From the NCBI GenBank assembly GCA_024275415.1, contig JAJRZD010000005.1:1-32000 (forward strand): a stretch of 32,000 nt of DNA. The letters run 5' to 3'. The notes beneath the pieces were generated by a model, which was not told the origin of the DNA, made no database searches, and worked only from the letters and a program-made list of their open reading frames with translations. This document shows positions 16,766 through 25,442 of this stretch, piece by piece. Every line of letters starts with the position of its first letter. Within the stretch, counting starts at the first letter, position 1. Source of the DNA: an archaeon (GTDB taxonomy: Archaea; Asgardarchaeota; Thorarchaeia; Thorarchaeales; Thorarchaeaceae). A program made the translations under genes and the position numbers.

Positions 16766-17146
16766 CTATCGCAATTCGTATGGCAGGGGGATTTCGGCTG
16801 TGTATCCATCTCCGCATGTGCACTTGAGCTTGACCGTCCATCGTTTTGGTAATGCAACATTGAATTCTTCGATGTAATCCGCAAGACTATCTTTTATCCC
16901 TTGAATGACAGAAACATACGCTTCAGCAAGTCTTCTTATCTCTTCGGGGAAATTCAAGTCTGAGAGAAAATACTTGATCCCACTCTCGCATGAGGGACAC
17001 GACGTAACGAGGATATGTGTTTGATCACTGCATTTCTCACAAGTGACCTCAATCTCTTTCATCTCAGGCGCTTTCGGAATCTCCGCAGAGATGCGATTGT
17101 TGTGGCTGCAAACGTAACAATAGTACGAGAACGTAAGACCCGTCAT
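16766..17146 (-). CDS. Uncharacterised Cys-rich (probable double zinc-ribbon) protein
   Basis: CYVC, CEKC, CPSC and CTC motifs in 126 aa, with a helical segment between the third and fourth pair. Confidence 0.7.
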   Translation of the reverse strand: MTGLTFSYYCYVCSHNNRISAEIPKAPEMKEIEVTCEKCSDQTHILVTSCPSCESGIKYFLSDLNFPEEIRRLAEAYVSVIQGIKDSLADYIEEFNVALPKRWTVKLKCTCGDGYTAEIPLPYELR

Positions 17147-17243
17147 CTTCTGAACACTCCTGTGTACTAGATACCTACTGGGCTATAAGCACTCCTCTGA
17201 AGAGATAACGCTTTAACTCAAGGGTGATACCACACCCTCGGTC

Positions 17244-17909
17244 ATGAACATGTCTGAAGATGTGAGAGAGAAGACTGAGAACTCCAAAGGTCAGACACTG
17301 GACGCTGCCTTATTTCTTGAGATATCCGATAGGGGATATGCACTGCCTACCACCGTCATTGCGATCGTCCTCTTTTCAGTCTGGTCGCTACGGTCAGAGA
17401 TCAATTTGGTTCTGTCATACTCGCTCCTTATCATGTACGGACTTCTAGCATTCACAGCGACCAAATCCAAAGGACAGTCAATGTCCGTTGAACGCGTCGG
17501 TTCTAAGGTCGAATTCAAGTTCATCCGTTCAGGAGTTTCATGGAAGATTATCTTCGATGGCATATTGGGTTCAGCGATTCCCATCCTATTAGCATGGTTT
17601 GTCACTATTAACGCTTTCACGGGCACACCAGAGATTTCTCAGGTAATAATGTTGGGTGCAATGATTCTGTTCATACTGATTCACCCTCTGCTTCCCTCTA
17701 TTGGCAGCATGCCCCGTATCCGTTTCTGTAAGACAACAGTTTCTTCTATCTATGATCTGGAGCAGGATGCCTTTGTGCAGTTTACTATCGCAGTTCATGA
17801 ACTAGACAGACCGTGGACGGATTTGCAGAAGCAGGAAGCAATCCGCCCACCTCTTGAGGACAAGGTGCGTCAGATTATTCAAGAACGATTAGACATCAAT
17901 TCGTCGTAG
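17244..17909 (+). CDS. Hypothetical membrane protein (about 4 TM)
   Basis: 221-aa ORF filling the gap, with two hydrophobic hairpins and a soluble C-terminus. No family recognised. Confidence 0.62.
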   Translation: MNMSEDVREKTENSKGQTLDAALFLEISDRGYALPTTVIAIVLFSVWSLRSEINLVLSYSLLIMYGLLAFTATKSKGQSMSVERVGSKVEFKFIRSGVSWKIIFDGILGSAIPILLAWFVTINAFTGTPEISQVIMLGAMILFILIHPLLPSIGSMPRIRFCKTTVSSIYDLEQDAFVQFTIAVHELDRPWTDLQKQEAIRPPLEDKVRQIIQERLDINSS

Positions 17910-18422
17910 GTCCCTTGGGTATCTTAGGGCGTCCCTGACGTAGGAGTCCACGTATCTTTCGATTGCTTTCCTTGCAGGGTCATCTTGTGTGAGGTCTCTA
18001 AGATAGCGTGCGGGAACTCCAGCATAGATCTTATACGGTTCTGTCACTGTCTTAGGATGCAGAAGAGCGGCGTTCCCGATGAGTGCACCCTTTGCAACGA
18101 CCGATTCGAGCATCAGGACCGCACCCATTCCTATGGCTGCATGGTCATCTACCAGCTTTGCATGGACTGCAGCATTGTGTCCGATATTCACTCTTTTTCC
18201 AATCGTTGTATCGTGCAGTTCCGTGGAATGCACCGTTGCACCATCTTGGATGTTAGTTTCATCCCCAACTGAGATGCTTCCTCTGTCACCCCGTATCGAT
18301 GCCATGGGTGCGACAAAGACCTTTTCACCAATCCTCACATCTCCAATAACAGATGCCTGTGGGTGGATGTAGGCGCTTTCTGCAATGACTGGGATCTTAT
18401 CTCCTAATGCATATACTGCCAT
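17889..18422 (-). CDS. Gamma-class carbonic anhydrase family protein
   Basis: Hexapeptide repeats, ASIRGD, NIQDGATVH, IGHNAAVH (three His ligands). ATG 18422 follows AAGGTGA (GTG 18431 alternative). Confidence 0.92.
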   Translation of the reverse strand: MAVYALGDKIPVIAESAYIHPQASVIGDVRIGEKVFVAPMASIRGDRGSISVGDETNIQDGATVHSTELHDTTIGKRVNIGHNAAVHAKLVDDHAAIGMGAVLMLESVVAKGALIGNAALLHPKTVTEPYKIYAGVPARYLRDLTQDDPARKAIERYVDSYVRDALRYPRDLRRIDV

Positions 18423-18427
18423 CTCGA

Positions 18428-19138
18428 TCACCTTTTCTTTAATACACCAACAAACTGGTTGCGTGAACCAATTGTTCTCTTAAGATACCATCCCGCCCTT
18501 TCTGCAAGCCTATTCATCTCTTCCGGTGCGACCATGAGCAGGTCAAACCACTCACCTTCTTGTCCTTGGTACAGTATTTTTATTGTCACCTTTCCGATAG
18601 GTCTCCCCATCTGTCGGTTCTTCCTGTGGTACGCGAGATGTGCAGGATCATCAGTTTCACGGACATCTCTAGATGCGGCATAGATGTAGGCATTGCTCTC
18701 AGTAATTTCGTGAAGACCTTCCATCATTCGTACAGTCTTATCTTCATCCCCGAGAATACCGAAATTATTGCCAAACATGATGACTGAACGAAAAAGGATC
18801 CCTTCGAACTGCAAGTCTTCTGCCGACATCAAGTGGACATGTTCCAGGCCTCTTTGCTTACAAACGTCAATCGCAATTGGCGAAACGTCAATCCCCCAGT
18901 AGTCTATCCCATTCTTCTGAAGATATGTCCCAACTCGTCCCGCACCACATCCAATGTCTAGGACAGGCCCTTTCACATCTTTGATGACAATCCGTTCTGG
19001 CTCTGGCCATTCAAGAACGTCAACAACATATTGGCTCCCACTTGCCTCTGTAACGTATCCGTCATCACGAATTACTTTGTAGGTTGAGTCGAGTCCATTG
19101 AAGGCGTCTAGGAATATTTTACCAAAGATGTCTGACAT
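18428..19138 (-). CDS. Class I SAM-dependent methyltransferase
   Basis: VLDIGCGAGRV, WGIDVSP, IMFGNNFG; AAGGAG upstream of the ATG. Confidence 0.88.
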   Translation of the reverse strand: MSDIFGKIFLDAFNGLDSTYKVIRDDGYVTEASGSQYVVDVLEWPEPERIVIKDVKGPVLDIGCGAGRVGTYLQKNGIDYWGIDVSPIAIDVCKQRGLEHVHLMSAEDLQFEGILFRSVIMFGNNFGILGDEDKTVRMMEGLHEITESNAYIYAASRDVRETDDPAHLAYHRKNRQMGRPIGKVTIKILYQGQEGEWFDLLMVAPEEMNRLAERAGWYLKRTIGSRNQFVGVLKKR

Positions 19139-19180
19139 AGCTGGAACTCCTTTTGGACTCGAAATGAATCTTCGGCTCTA

Positions 19181-19193
19181 AAAAGCGTTATAT
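19181..19193 (+). promoter_or_regulatory. Candidate BRE-TATA promoter for the 19237 gene
   Basis: AAAAGCG-TTATAT about 30 nt upstream of an AAGGAG ribosome-binding site (19222-19227) and ATG 19237, consistent with archaeal spacing. Confidence 0.45.
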
Positions 19194-19236
19194 GGAACTA
19201 TGTTGACATTCTGGATTGGGTAAGGAGTCTTGCTTT

Positions 19237-19923
19237 ATGACCGCGCCTGATGAAGTAAAACCTGACTTATTCATTTCAGTTTTCGGTGGAAAAAAGGACG
19301 ATGTGAATGACGCGCTGCAACAGCATATAGGTGAGGACGCACATTACTATCAAACATGGGTCAATGTATCCGCCATGAGAAGGCTTGGGTTTCTGTTCGT
19401 AGGTGGTGTGGAGAGCGCAGGAGGTGTCTTTGACATACTCTGCGTTCTGACCATAGCCGCCGCGATTCTTGCCGTGTTCCTTTTCTGGCAGGTGGTAATC
19501 TTCATCGCTGTTATCATCGTGCTAGCAATCTTCAGTGGAGGAGCAGCCTTGAAATTCCTTAAAGGCACATTCATTGAAACAACGAGTTCGAAAGTTCCCT
19601 CTGACAAGCTTGAAGCATTCGTGGTTGACCAGACGGTAGGAGGCAACTTCGTTCAAATACGCGCGCCTCCTGAATACGAGCTACATTATGCAACCAAGCA
19701 GGCATCGACAGCTACGAAGATATTCCGCCTTGGCATCTATTTTGCTCTGTTCATCGCAACGATATTCATGGTCTTTGAGGTTGTCTACTATGTCCTGTTC
19801 CAGAACTGGATGACTCAACTTGAGGTACTTGCATTGTTCGGTTCCGCTTTTCTCATCGGGATCTGTGTAATGGATCTCGGTGTCCTTCTGAGGCGTCAGC
19901 TTGCGAAGAAAGTGGAGTATTAG
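19237..19923 (+). CDS. Uncharacterised membrane protein, paralog A
   Basis: Four hydrophobic segments; extensive similarity to 20603..21340 (PDLFISVFGGKKDDV vs PDVFISVYGGKKDEV). ATG 19237 follows AAGGAG. Confidence 0.78.
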   Translation: MTAPDEVKPDLFISVFGGKKDDVNDALQQHIGEDAHYYQTWVNVSAMRRLGFLFVGGVESAGGVFDILCVLTIAAAILAVFLFWQVVIFIAVIIVLAIFSGGAALKFLKGTFIETTSSKVPSDKLEAFVVDQTVGGNFVQIRAPPEYELHYATKQASTATKIFRLGIYFALFIATIFMVFEVVYYVLFQNWMTQLEVLALFGSAFLIGICVMDLGVLLRRQLAKKVEY

Positions 19924-20212
19924 TATTGGCGTAGAGATTAATACCCCATTGAAATATGGACTGTCATGGATCCCAGAGGATTTGAAATCTGACAATTTTC
20001 TAAATGGTAGAGATGGTGGTTGTAAGAAACATGTAAGTAGAAGTAGTCTGCTGAGGATGGAGTCCGTCAATACGTTCGACCTAGACAGCTCTACGTACTG
20101 CACGAACAATATTCTGTTCCGCACTTTCGGACATTAGTGACACAGTGAAACGGACACAGAGCTGAGGCTTGGTGCTTGTGCATGTCCCCCATTCTACGAC
20201 AATGCGCCCCTC

Positions 20213-20515
20213 TCATTGGCGGGAACTGTGCTGTGACTGTATCGCGTCTTGAATTCTTCGTCTGGATGTATACAGTACTGTAGTAGACAATACCACCGCA
20301 ACAAGGAGAACGATGACTGGGAGGTTATATACGAGTGTTTCATCTAACGCCACCTCCGGGTCTAGTGGGTCAAAACCATGTGCAACTTCCCATCCGTCAG
20401 ACATACCATCGCCGTCAGTATCTGCATCATTCGGACTGGTAGAGTGTGCAAACTCACTGGCATCTGTGAGCCCGTCCATGTCAGAGTCGTTAAGGCTCGG
20501 TGCAGCAATCCACAA
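20213..20515 (-). CDS. Short DxDxDG-repeat plus TM anchor protein, probably a 3' fragment of a larger surface protein
   Basis: DSDMDGLTDASE and DTDGDGMSDGWEVAHGFDPLDP, then TM and SRRR; same layout as the M28 peptidase C-terminus. No signal peptide; an in-frame TAG lies 9 codons upstream of the TTG. Confidence 0.58.
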   Translation of the reverse strand: MWIAAPSLNDSDMDGLTDASEFAHSTSPNDADTDGDGMSDGWEVAHGFDPLDPEVALDETLVYNLPVIVLLVAVVLSTTVLYTSRRRIQDAIQSQHSSRQ

Positions 20516-20602
20516 TCCTCCACTCTGAACGTCCCAATGCTATAGTCGAAAGATATATTGCAAATATCTGTATATTATAGTCAGGGTTGCTTAGGAGGCT
20601 AT

Positions 20603-21340
20603 ATGATGGTCACGCCAGAATCTGCCGAACAAGCCGCCACTGTGGAAACCGATATTGAAGAGCCTGACGTCTTCATCTCGGTGTATGGCGGGAAGAAGGA
20701 TGAGGTAGACAAGTCCTTCAAGCGCAATCTGAACATTCAGGGTGCCCATTCCTACCATACATGGATCAGCGTATCGCTATTGAAACGGTTTGGAAACTTC
20801 TTCAGCGGTAGTGTTGAAAGCGCTGCCGGTGTAACAGACATGCTGCTTGTCATTGCAGCTGCCGCTATCATCGTCGGGTTCTTTTTCCTGTGGCAGTTTG
20901 TGATATTCTTCATTGTGATATTCGTGCTTACGCTTTTTAGCGGTGGGGTCGTCCTGAAGTTTGTCAAAGGAACTTTTATCGAAACTAGATCGTCTGAGTT
21001 GGATCCTAGTTCGTTTGATACATTTGTACAGGAACAGATCAAAAACGGTTGTTTTGTGAATCTACGGGTACCAACGGATTATTCCACTAAACCGTTCACG
21101 GGCCGCGCGGTACGTGCAACCAAGCTCTTCACGGGAGGAATCTATCTCTCCTTGTTGGTCGCTACTCTGTTCACTGTCATGGAACTCCTGTCGTTCATCT
21201 TCTTCCAGTCATGGCTAACAGATGTGGCAATCCTTGCCGCCTATGGACTGTCATTTCTGGCTGGAGTGTTCGTGATGGATATTGGCATACTTTACAGACG
21301 ACACATAACAAGCACTTTACCACATGACATCGGGGGCTAG
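20603..21340 (+). CDS. Uncharacterised membrane protein, paralog B
   Basis: Paralog of 19237..19923 (VESAAGVTD vs VESAGGVFD; FSGGVVLKFVKGTFIET vs FSGGAALKFLKGTFIET). ATG 20603 or 20606 follows AGGAGG. Confidence 0.78.
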   Translation: MMVTPESAEQAATVETDIEEPDVFISVYGGKKDEVDKSFKRNLNIQGAHSYHTWISVSLLKRFGNFFSGSVESAAGVTDMLLVIAAAAIIVGFFFLWQFVIFFIVIFVLTLFSGGVVLKFVKGTFIETRSSELDPSSFDTFVQEQIKNGCFVNLRVPTDYSTKPFTGRAVRATKLFTGGIYLSLLVATLFTVMELLSFIFFQSWLTDVAILAAYGLSFLAGVFVMDIGILYRRHITSTLPHDIGG

Positions 21341-22602
21341 ATGATCTCGAATACAATCGCCCAGAACTCACGCTCGGACACGCCAGTGCGAAGAGACCTC
21401 AATTCCTCTTTGACCTTGTCAAAGCACTCTTTGGATTGTCGCTTCTTTATGTCCTCGTGAGTCTTCTTCACTCGTTCGGCTATCTCCTTCACCTGTTCCT
21501 CATTCGCTCGTACTCCACCCATCTTCAGCATATATTCCACAAAATGGCGACCAACGAACTTTCCTAAGTGGAACTCTCGTCTCCTACCAACCCTGATGGG
21601 GCTGATGGGCTCATAGGTCATTGAATGGGTCAGTTGTCCGTGAGAATGAATCCCGCTGGAATGGGTGAACGCGTTATCACCTGAGATTGCCTTGTGTAGT
21701 GGCAAGGGAATCATGAAATGCCGTTCGACAAGTTTGGAGAGCCTGAACATCTTCTCAGTTTCGATTCCTGTCCTAATATCATAGAGTTCCTCTAGCGCGA
21801 TGACGACCTCCTCCAGAGCAGCATTCCCTGCTCGTTCACCATATCCGTTCACGCACACATGTGCGTAGGTCGCACCTTCTTCTATTGCTGCCAAGGTATT
21901 CGCATTAGCAAGCCCAAAATCATTATGGCAATGGACTGCTATCGGCACCTTGTATTTGCTTCCAGTCCAGAGACGTTCCTTTATCTCTTGCATGATGAAT
22001 GTCATCACTCTTGGCCTAACGAAACCCACTGTGTCCGCAACACAGATCTTGTCGGCTCCTGCATCTATCGCAACCCTATAGGCTTTACAGAGAAAATCCA
22101 TGTTGCTGCGAGTAGAGTCCTCTGCAATGTAATCAATGACGAGTCCGTGCTCCTTTCCGTACTCCACGCATTCTGCAAGGCGTTCGAGCATTTCCTCACG
22201 AGTCATCCTCAGCTGGTATTTGAGCCTGAAATCCGAGGTCGCGATGAATATGGGAATCTCTGACACACCAGCATCTATACAGGCATTGATATCACTGATC
22301 ATAGCCCTCGCTGGAGCTGCCACGATGGCATTCCTGAGACCTTCGCTAGCGATGGCTTTCACGGCATCGGTTTCTCTCGGAGAAACAGCTGGGAACCCTG
22401 CCGCTATTATGGCTACCCCGATATCATCAAGCATCTTTGCTATCTCGATTTTCTCGTCGATTGTCAATGCGACTCCTGGGGTCTGCTCGCCATCTCGCAG
22501 GGTTTCATCCCAGATATGCACTCGTTTCGGCAGGCTCTTCGATTTGGTTTTTCTTTCCTTATTGTAGTTGACAGCGAGACCTGCTTTCTCTAAGGATTCC
22601 AT
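21337..22602 (-). CDS. Isopropylmalate/homocitrate/citramalate synthase family (DRE-TIM), short form without regulatory domain
   Basis: DETLRDGEQTPG, IAEDSTR, ADTVG, HCHNDFGLA, GYGERAGNA, HSSGIH. ATG 22602 follows AAGGAG; 421 aa. Substrate cannot be assigned by eye. Confidence 0.88.
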   Translation of the reverse strand: MESLEKAGLAVNYNKERKTKSKSLPKRVHIWDETLRDGEQTPGVALTIDEKIEIAKMLDDIGVAIIAAGFPAVSPRETDAVKAIASEGLRNAIVAAPARAMISDINACIDAGVSEIPIFIATSDFRLKYQLRMTREEMLERLAECVEYGKEHGLVIDYIAEDSTRSNMDFLCKAYRVAIDAGADKICVADTVGFVRPRVMTFIMQEIKERLWTGSKYKVPIAVHCHNDFGLANANTLAAIEEGATYAHVCVNGYGERAGNAALEEVVIALEELYDIRTGIETEKMFRLSKLVERHFMIPLPLHKAISGDNAFTHSSGIHSHGQLTHSMTYEPISPIRVGRRREFHLGKFVGRHFVEYMLKMGGVRANEEQVKEIAERVKKTHEDIKKRQSKECFDKVKEELRSLRTGVSEREFWAIVFEII

Positions 22603-22645
22603 GCATAGTGACTCCTTGTTCGAAGATGAGCAGCCGTGAGCTACC

Positions 22646-23194
22646 TCATTCAAACTTGTACTTGCCCAATTTGGGTATTTTTGTGCCGTTCGCTTCAAGA
22701 GAAGATATTGCCTTGTCATACTCCTCTTTTGAGATATTGCCACTATCGAGTGCTCTCTGCATCTTGCCTTTCTTGTAATCGATCTTTGCTTTGGCTATGT
22801 GATTGAGACGGAGAGAGGTCACTACCTGTGCCTTTGTGCCGGTCTTCTCAGCAATTCCTTCGAGTAATGGTTTCCAGCAGATTTCTTCGATATGAAACGC
22901 GAACTCGAGGCCTCGCTCTAGGATCCTGTTCCATAATGGGCATTCAGTCACAGATATCTCAGAACCGCTGATCTCGACTTTCAGACCGATTGCACCCATG
23001 ACGCTTCCGCATATCTTGGCTGCACCCTCGGGTCCTGAGCCACCAATCGCCTCAGCAGCCTCGATTCCCATCTGTTTGAATCCTCTTTCATAGCCATCAT
23101 ACATCGAAAGCGGGCCTGTGTTATCCCTTAGTCCCCACCAGAGCCCATCAACAAAGGCCACAAAGCTCTGTCTTAGAAGTTGCAAGTTGTCCAA
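22646..23194 (-). CDS. Uncharacterised protein with V4R / ATC-hydrolase-like fold motifs and SHOCT-like tail
   Basis: SVTECP...EICWKPLLEGIAE pattern; C-terminal ALDSGNISKEEYDKAISSL. TTG start directly after the upstream TGA. Confidence 0.55.
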   Translation of the reverse strand: MDNLQLLRQSFVAFVDGLWWGLRDNTGPLSMYDGYERGFKQMGIEAAEAIGGSGPEGAAKICGSVMGAIGLKVEISGSEISVTECPLWNRILERGLEFAFHIEEICWKPLLEGIAEKTGTKAQVVTSLRLNHIAKAKIDYKKGKMQRALDSGNISKEEYDKAISSLEANGTKIPKLGKYKFE

Positions 23195-23941
23195 TCATTT
23201 TCCCTCCTTCACGAATGGTTCTCCCCATTTGTTTAAGAATGCGATTTCTTCTGGACCCTGCCGTGGGGGCCCGAGGGTTCGTTCTGCAATTGGGTACCCA
23301 AGTGTCAGGCAAAGGATTGGCACCCAGTGGGGGTAGGGGATTCCAAGTTTCTCTGAAATCGCTCCAACATCATCAAAGTGATCAAGTTGGACTGACGATA
23401 CACAGCTTCCTACTCCCAGAGACGCCGCGGCAAGTGCCATGTTCTGCATCAGCATCGACCCAGCTATCACTGCATGACGTGGGCCTGACCAGCCGTAGAC
23501 TCCACCAGTTCCTCGAAGTGTTGGCTGGGAGTTCCCAACGTGAGTCTGATCCACTGCAAGAACCAGCAGGACGGGTGCTCCGTTCGTTTCTGGCTTTCCT
23601 TTGATGTATTCGAACCTTGCACCCGAGATCAGGATATCAATTGTCCTTTCGAGGCTTGCCTTTGATCGGATGTAACTCAATCTGCGTTCAAGCTCCTCTC
23701 TTGGTGTAGCCCTTCCGAACAACAGGATTGTTCTGTCTACCGCAATCTGACCAATGAACTCCTGCAATTCCTTATCTCGTACGACGATGATCCTCCAGGG
23801 CTGCTGGTTCTCTGCACTTGGCGCGTATCCGCCAGCCTCAATTATCTTGTATATTATCTCGTCAGGCACATCTTTGGACGTGATGTAATCCCTGATTGCC
23901 CGGCGATTCTTAATGGTGCGAATTGTTTCGTTGTCTTCCAA
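23195..23941 (-). CDS. Nitroreductase family protein
   Basis: IKNRRAIRDY, APSAENQQPWRIIVV, QNMALAAASLGVGSC, LTLGYP. TTG 23941 follows GGAGG; the ORF track extends to ATG 24004. Confidence 0.87.
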   Translation of the reverse strand: MEDNETIRTIKNRRAIRDYITSKDVPDEIIYKIIEAGGYAPSAENQQPWRIIVVRDKELQEFIGQIAVDRTILLFGRATPREELERRLSYIRSKASLERTIDILISGARFEYIKGKPETNGAPVLLVLAVDQTHVGNSQPTLRGTGGVYGWSGPRHAVIAGSMLMQNMALAAASLGVGSCVSSVQLDHFDDVGAISEKLGIPYPHWVPILCLTLGYPIAERTLGPPRQGPEEIAFLNKWGEPFVKEGK

Positions 23942-24060
23942 CGACCTTCGTCCTCCGGTCAATGATAAAGAGCCGAAGAAGTTCCCTCTTAAGTAGGTAA
24001 CCATTGACTGTGCATGAATTTTGAAAAGCTGAAGATGTGCGTCAGGACTCTAGAAATAGA

Positions 24061-24091
24061 AGGGCGTCGCTGGAACATGCCAGCGCGTCCT
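24061..24091 (-). terminator. GC-rich hairpin 12 nt after the acyl-CoA dehydrogenase stop
   Basis: Core CGCTGG-aacatg-CCAGCG extended by AGGGCG/CGTCCT with one bulge; on the minus strand it is followed by TCTATTTCT. Confidence 0.42.
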
Positions 24092-24103
24092 TGATATGTT
24101 GTC

Positions 24104-25306
24104 CTAGATTATCGGTGCATCTCGACCATCGTACTTGACATGGTATCCTGTATCGAGATTGACCGATTCCTTCAGTATTGCATTGCCTGCAACCAGCCTT
24201 TGCACTTCATTAGTGCCTTCATAGATCTGTAGGAGCTTTGCATCTCGCATGAGCTTCTCAGCGGGATACTCCTTGATGTATCCGTATCCGCCCATGATTT
24301 GTACGGCTTCTATGGCGTTCTGCATGGCTGCATCACTGGCAAAGAATTTCGCAAAGGATGAGACCTTGGAGTTAGGCAGGTCGCGGTCTGCTAACCATGC
24401 TGCCTGACGAGTGAGTAGTCTTGCTGCTTCAGTCCTTGCTCCCATGTCTGCGAGCTTGAAACCGATGCCTTGGAACCGTCCAATTGGCTGACCGAACTGG
24501 TGACGTACATTGGCGAATTTGCCTGCCTCGTCCAATGCTCTTTGTGCTACTCCGGTGGCAATCGCAGCTATGCCAGCACGGGTCTTGTCAAGGGTCTTCA
24601 TTGCAATCTTGAAACCCTCGCCTTCCTTTCCGACCAAGCATTCCTTGGGAACCCTTACGTCATCAAAGATGACCTCGCTTTGAATAGAATTCAGTTGACC
24701 GACCTTATTCTCAATAACCCCTATCTTGACTGCCTTGCTTTTTGGAACCATAAATACAGAGAGACCTTTGTGTTTCAGCTCAGGCTGTGTTGAGGCAAAG
24801 ACCGTGAAGAGTGATGCGACAGGTGCACTGGTTATCCAACATTTCACACCATTGATCACATATTCGTCGCCATCGCGTTCTGCTCTGGTCGCTACGGCGG
24901 CAGCATCTGAGCCTGCCTTTCGTTCAGTTAGACAGAAGGCTCCGAATTTCGCATCTTTTCCGGTGATGAGAGGCTCGACATACTCTTTTAGCTGTTCAAT
25001 GGTAGCTCCAATCACTAGTGGTGCGAATGCGAGATTATTACACATTATGCTGGTCGCCATCCCAGCACAGCCATATCCTGTAGCTTCAGACACGAGTGTT
25101 TCTGCAAGCAGTGAGAGCCCAGGCCCTCCCGCTTCTTTGGGGATGTGCAGATTCATGAGTCCCGCTTCGTATGCTTTTTGAACCACTTCCTTCGGGAACT
25201 CGTTACGCTTTTCTAGCTCGTGTGCTTTGGGCGTGATATGTTCCCGTGTGAATTCCTTCGCTCGTTTGAAGAGCTCCTTTTCCTGTTCAGATAGTGCGAA
25301 GTCCAT
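24104..25306 (-). CDS. Acyl-CoA dehydrogenase
   Basis: AFCLTERKAGSDA, NGVKCWIT, RHQFGQPIGRFQ, QIMGGYGY, IYEGTNEVQR. Confidence 0.94.
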   Translation of the reverse strand: MDFALSEQEKELFKRAKEFTREHITPKAHELEKRNEFPKEVVQKAYEAGLMNLHIPKEAGGPGLSLLAETLVSEATGYGCAGMATSIMCNNLAFAPLVIGATIEQLKEYVEPLITGKDAKFGAFCLTERKAGSDAAAVATRAERDGDEYVINGVKCWITSAPVASLFTVFASTQPELKHKGLSVFMVPKSKAVKIGVIENKVGQLNSIQSEVIFDDVRVPKECLVGKEGEGFKIAMKTLDKTRAGIAAIATGVAQRALDEAGKFANVRHQFGQPIGRFQGIGFKLADMGARTEAARLLTRQAAWLADRDLPNSKVSSFAKFFASDAAMQNAIEAVQIMGGYGYIKEYPAEKLMRDAKLLQIYEGTNEVQRLVAGNAILKESVNLDTGYHVKYDGRDAPII

Positions 25307-25383
25307 GGTTTGTCAACTCAGCACCTGCACTCCAGATTACTTCCCTATAACAGCTTCGGATAGCATCTTTGCCTACTGCTATC

Positions 25384-25392
25384 TTTTTATAT
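25384..25392 (+). promoter_or_regulatory. Candidate TATA box for the thiolase-DUF35 operon
   Basis: TTTTTATAT in the divergent intergenic region, about 50 nt upstream of TTG 25443, with GGGAG as ribosome-binding site. Confidence 0.4.
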
Positions 25393-25442
25393 CGGCATTT
25401 GTCGCACCGGCTCAGTAGTGACATCAAAGGGAGACCGATAAT

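Noticed and set aside
17221-17238. Hairpin AGGGTG-atacca-CACCCT as an RBS-sequestering switch for the 17244 gene
   Set aside because: Only 6 bp, and the SD-like arm is about 17 nt from the ATG, too far for a normal ribosome-binding site.
19681-20137. ORFs 19681..20124 (-) and 19901..20137 (+) as real genes
   Set aside because: Both overlap the end of paralog A, lack clear ribosome-binding sites and show no recognisable motif; they could be eroded sequence but I cannot support a call.
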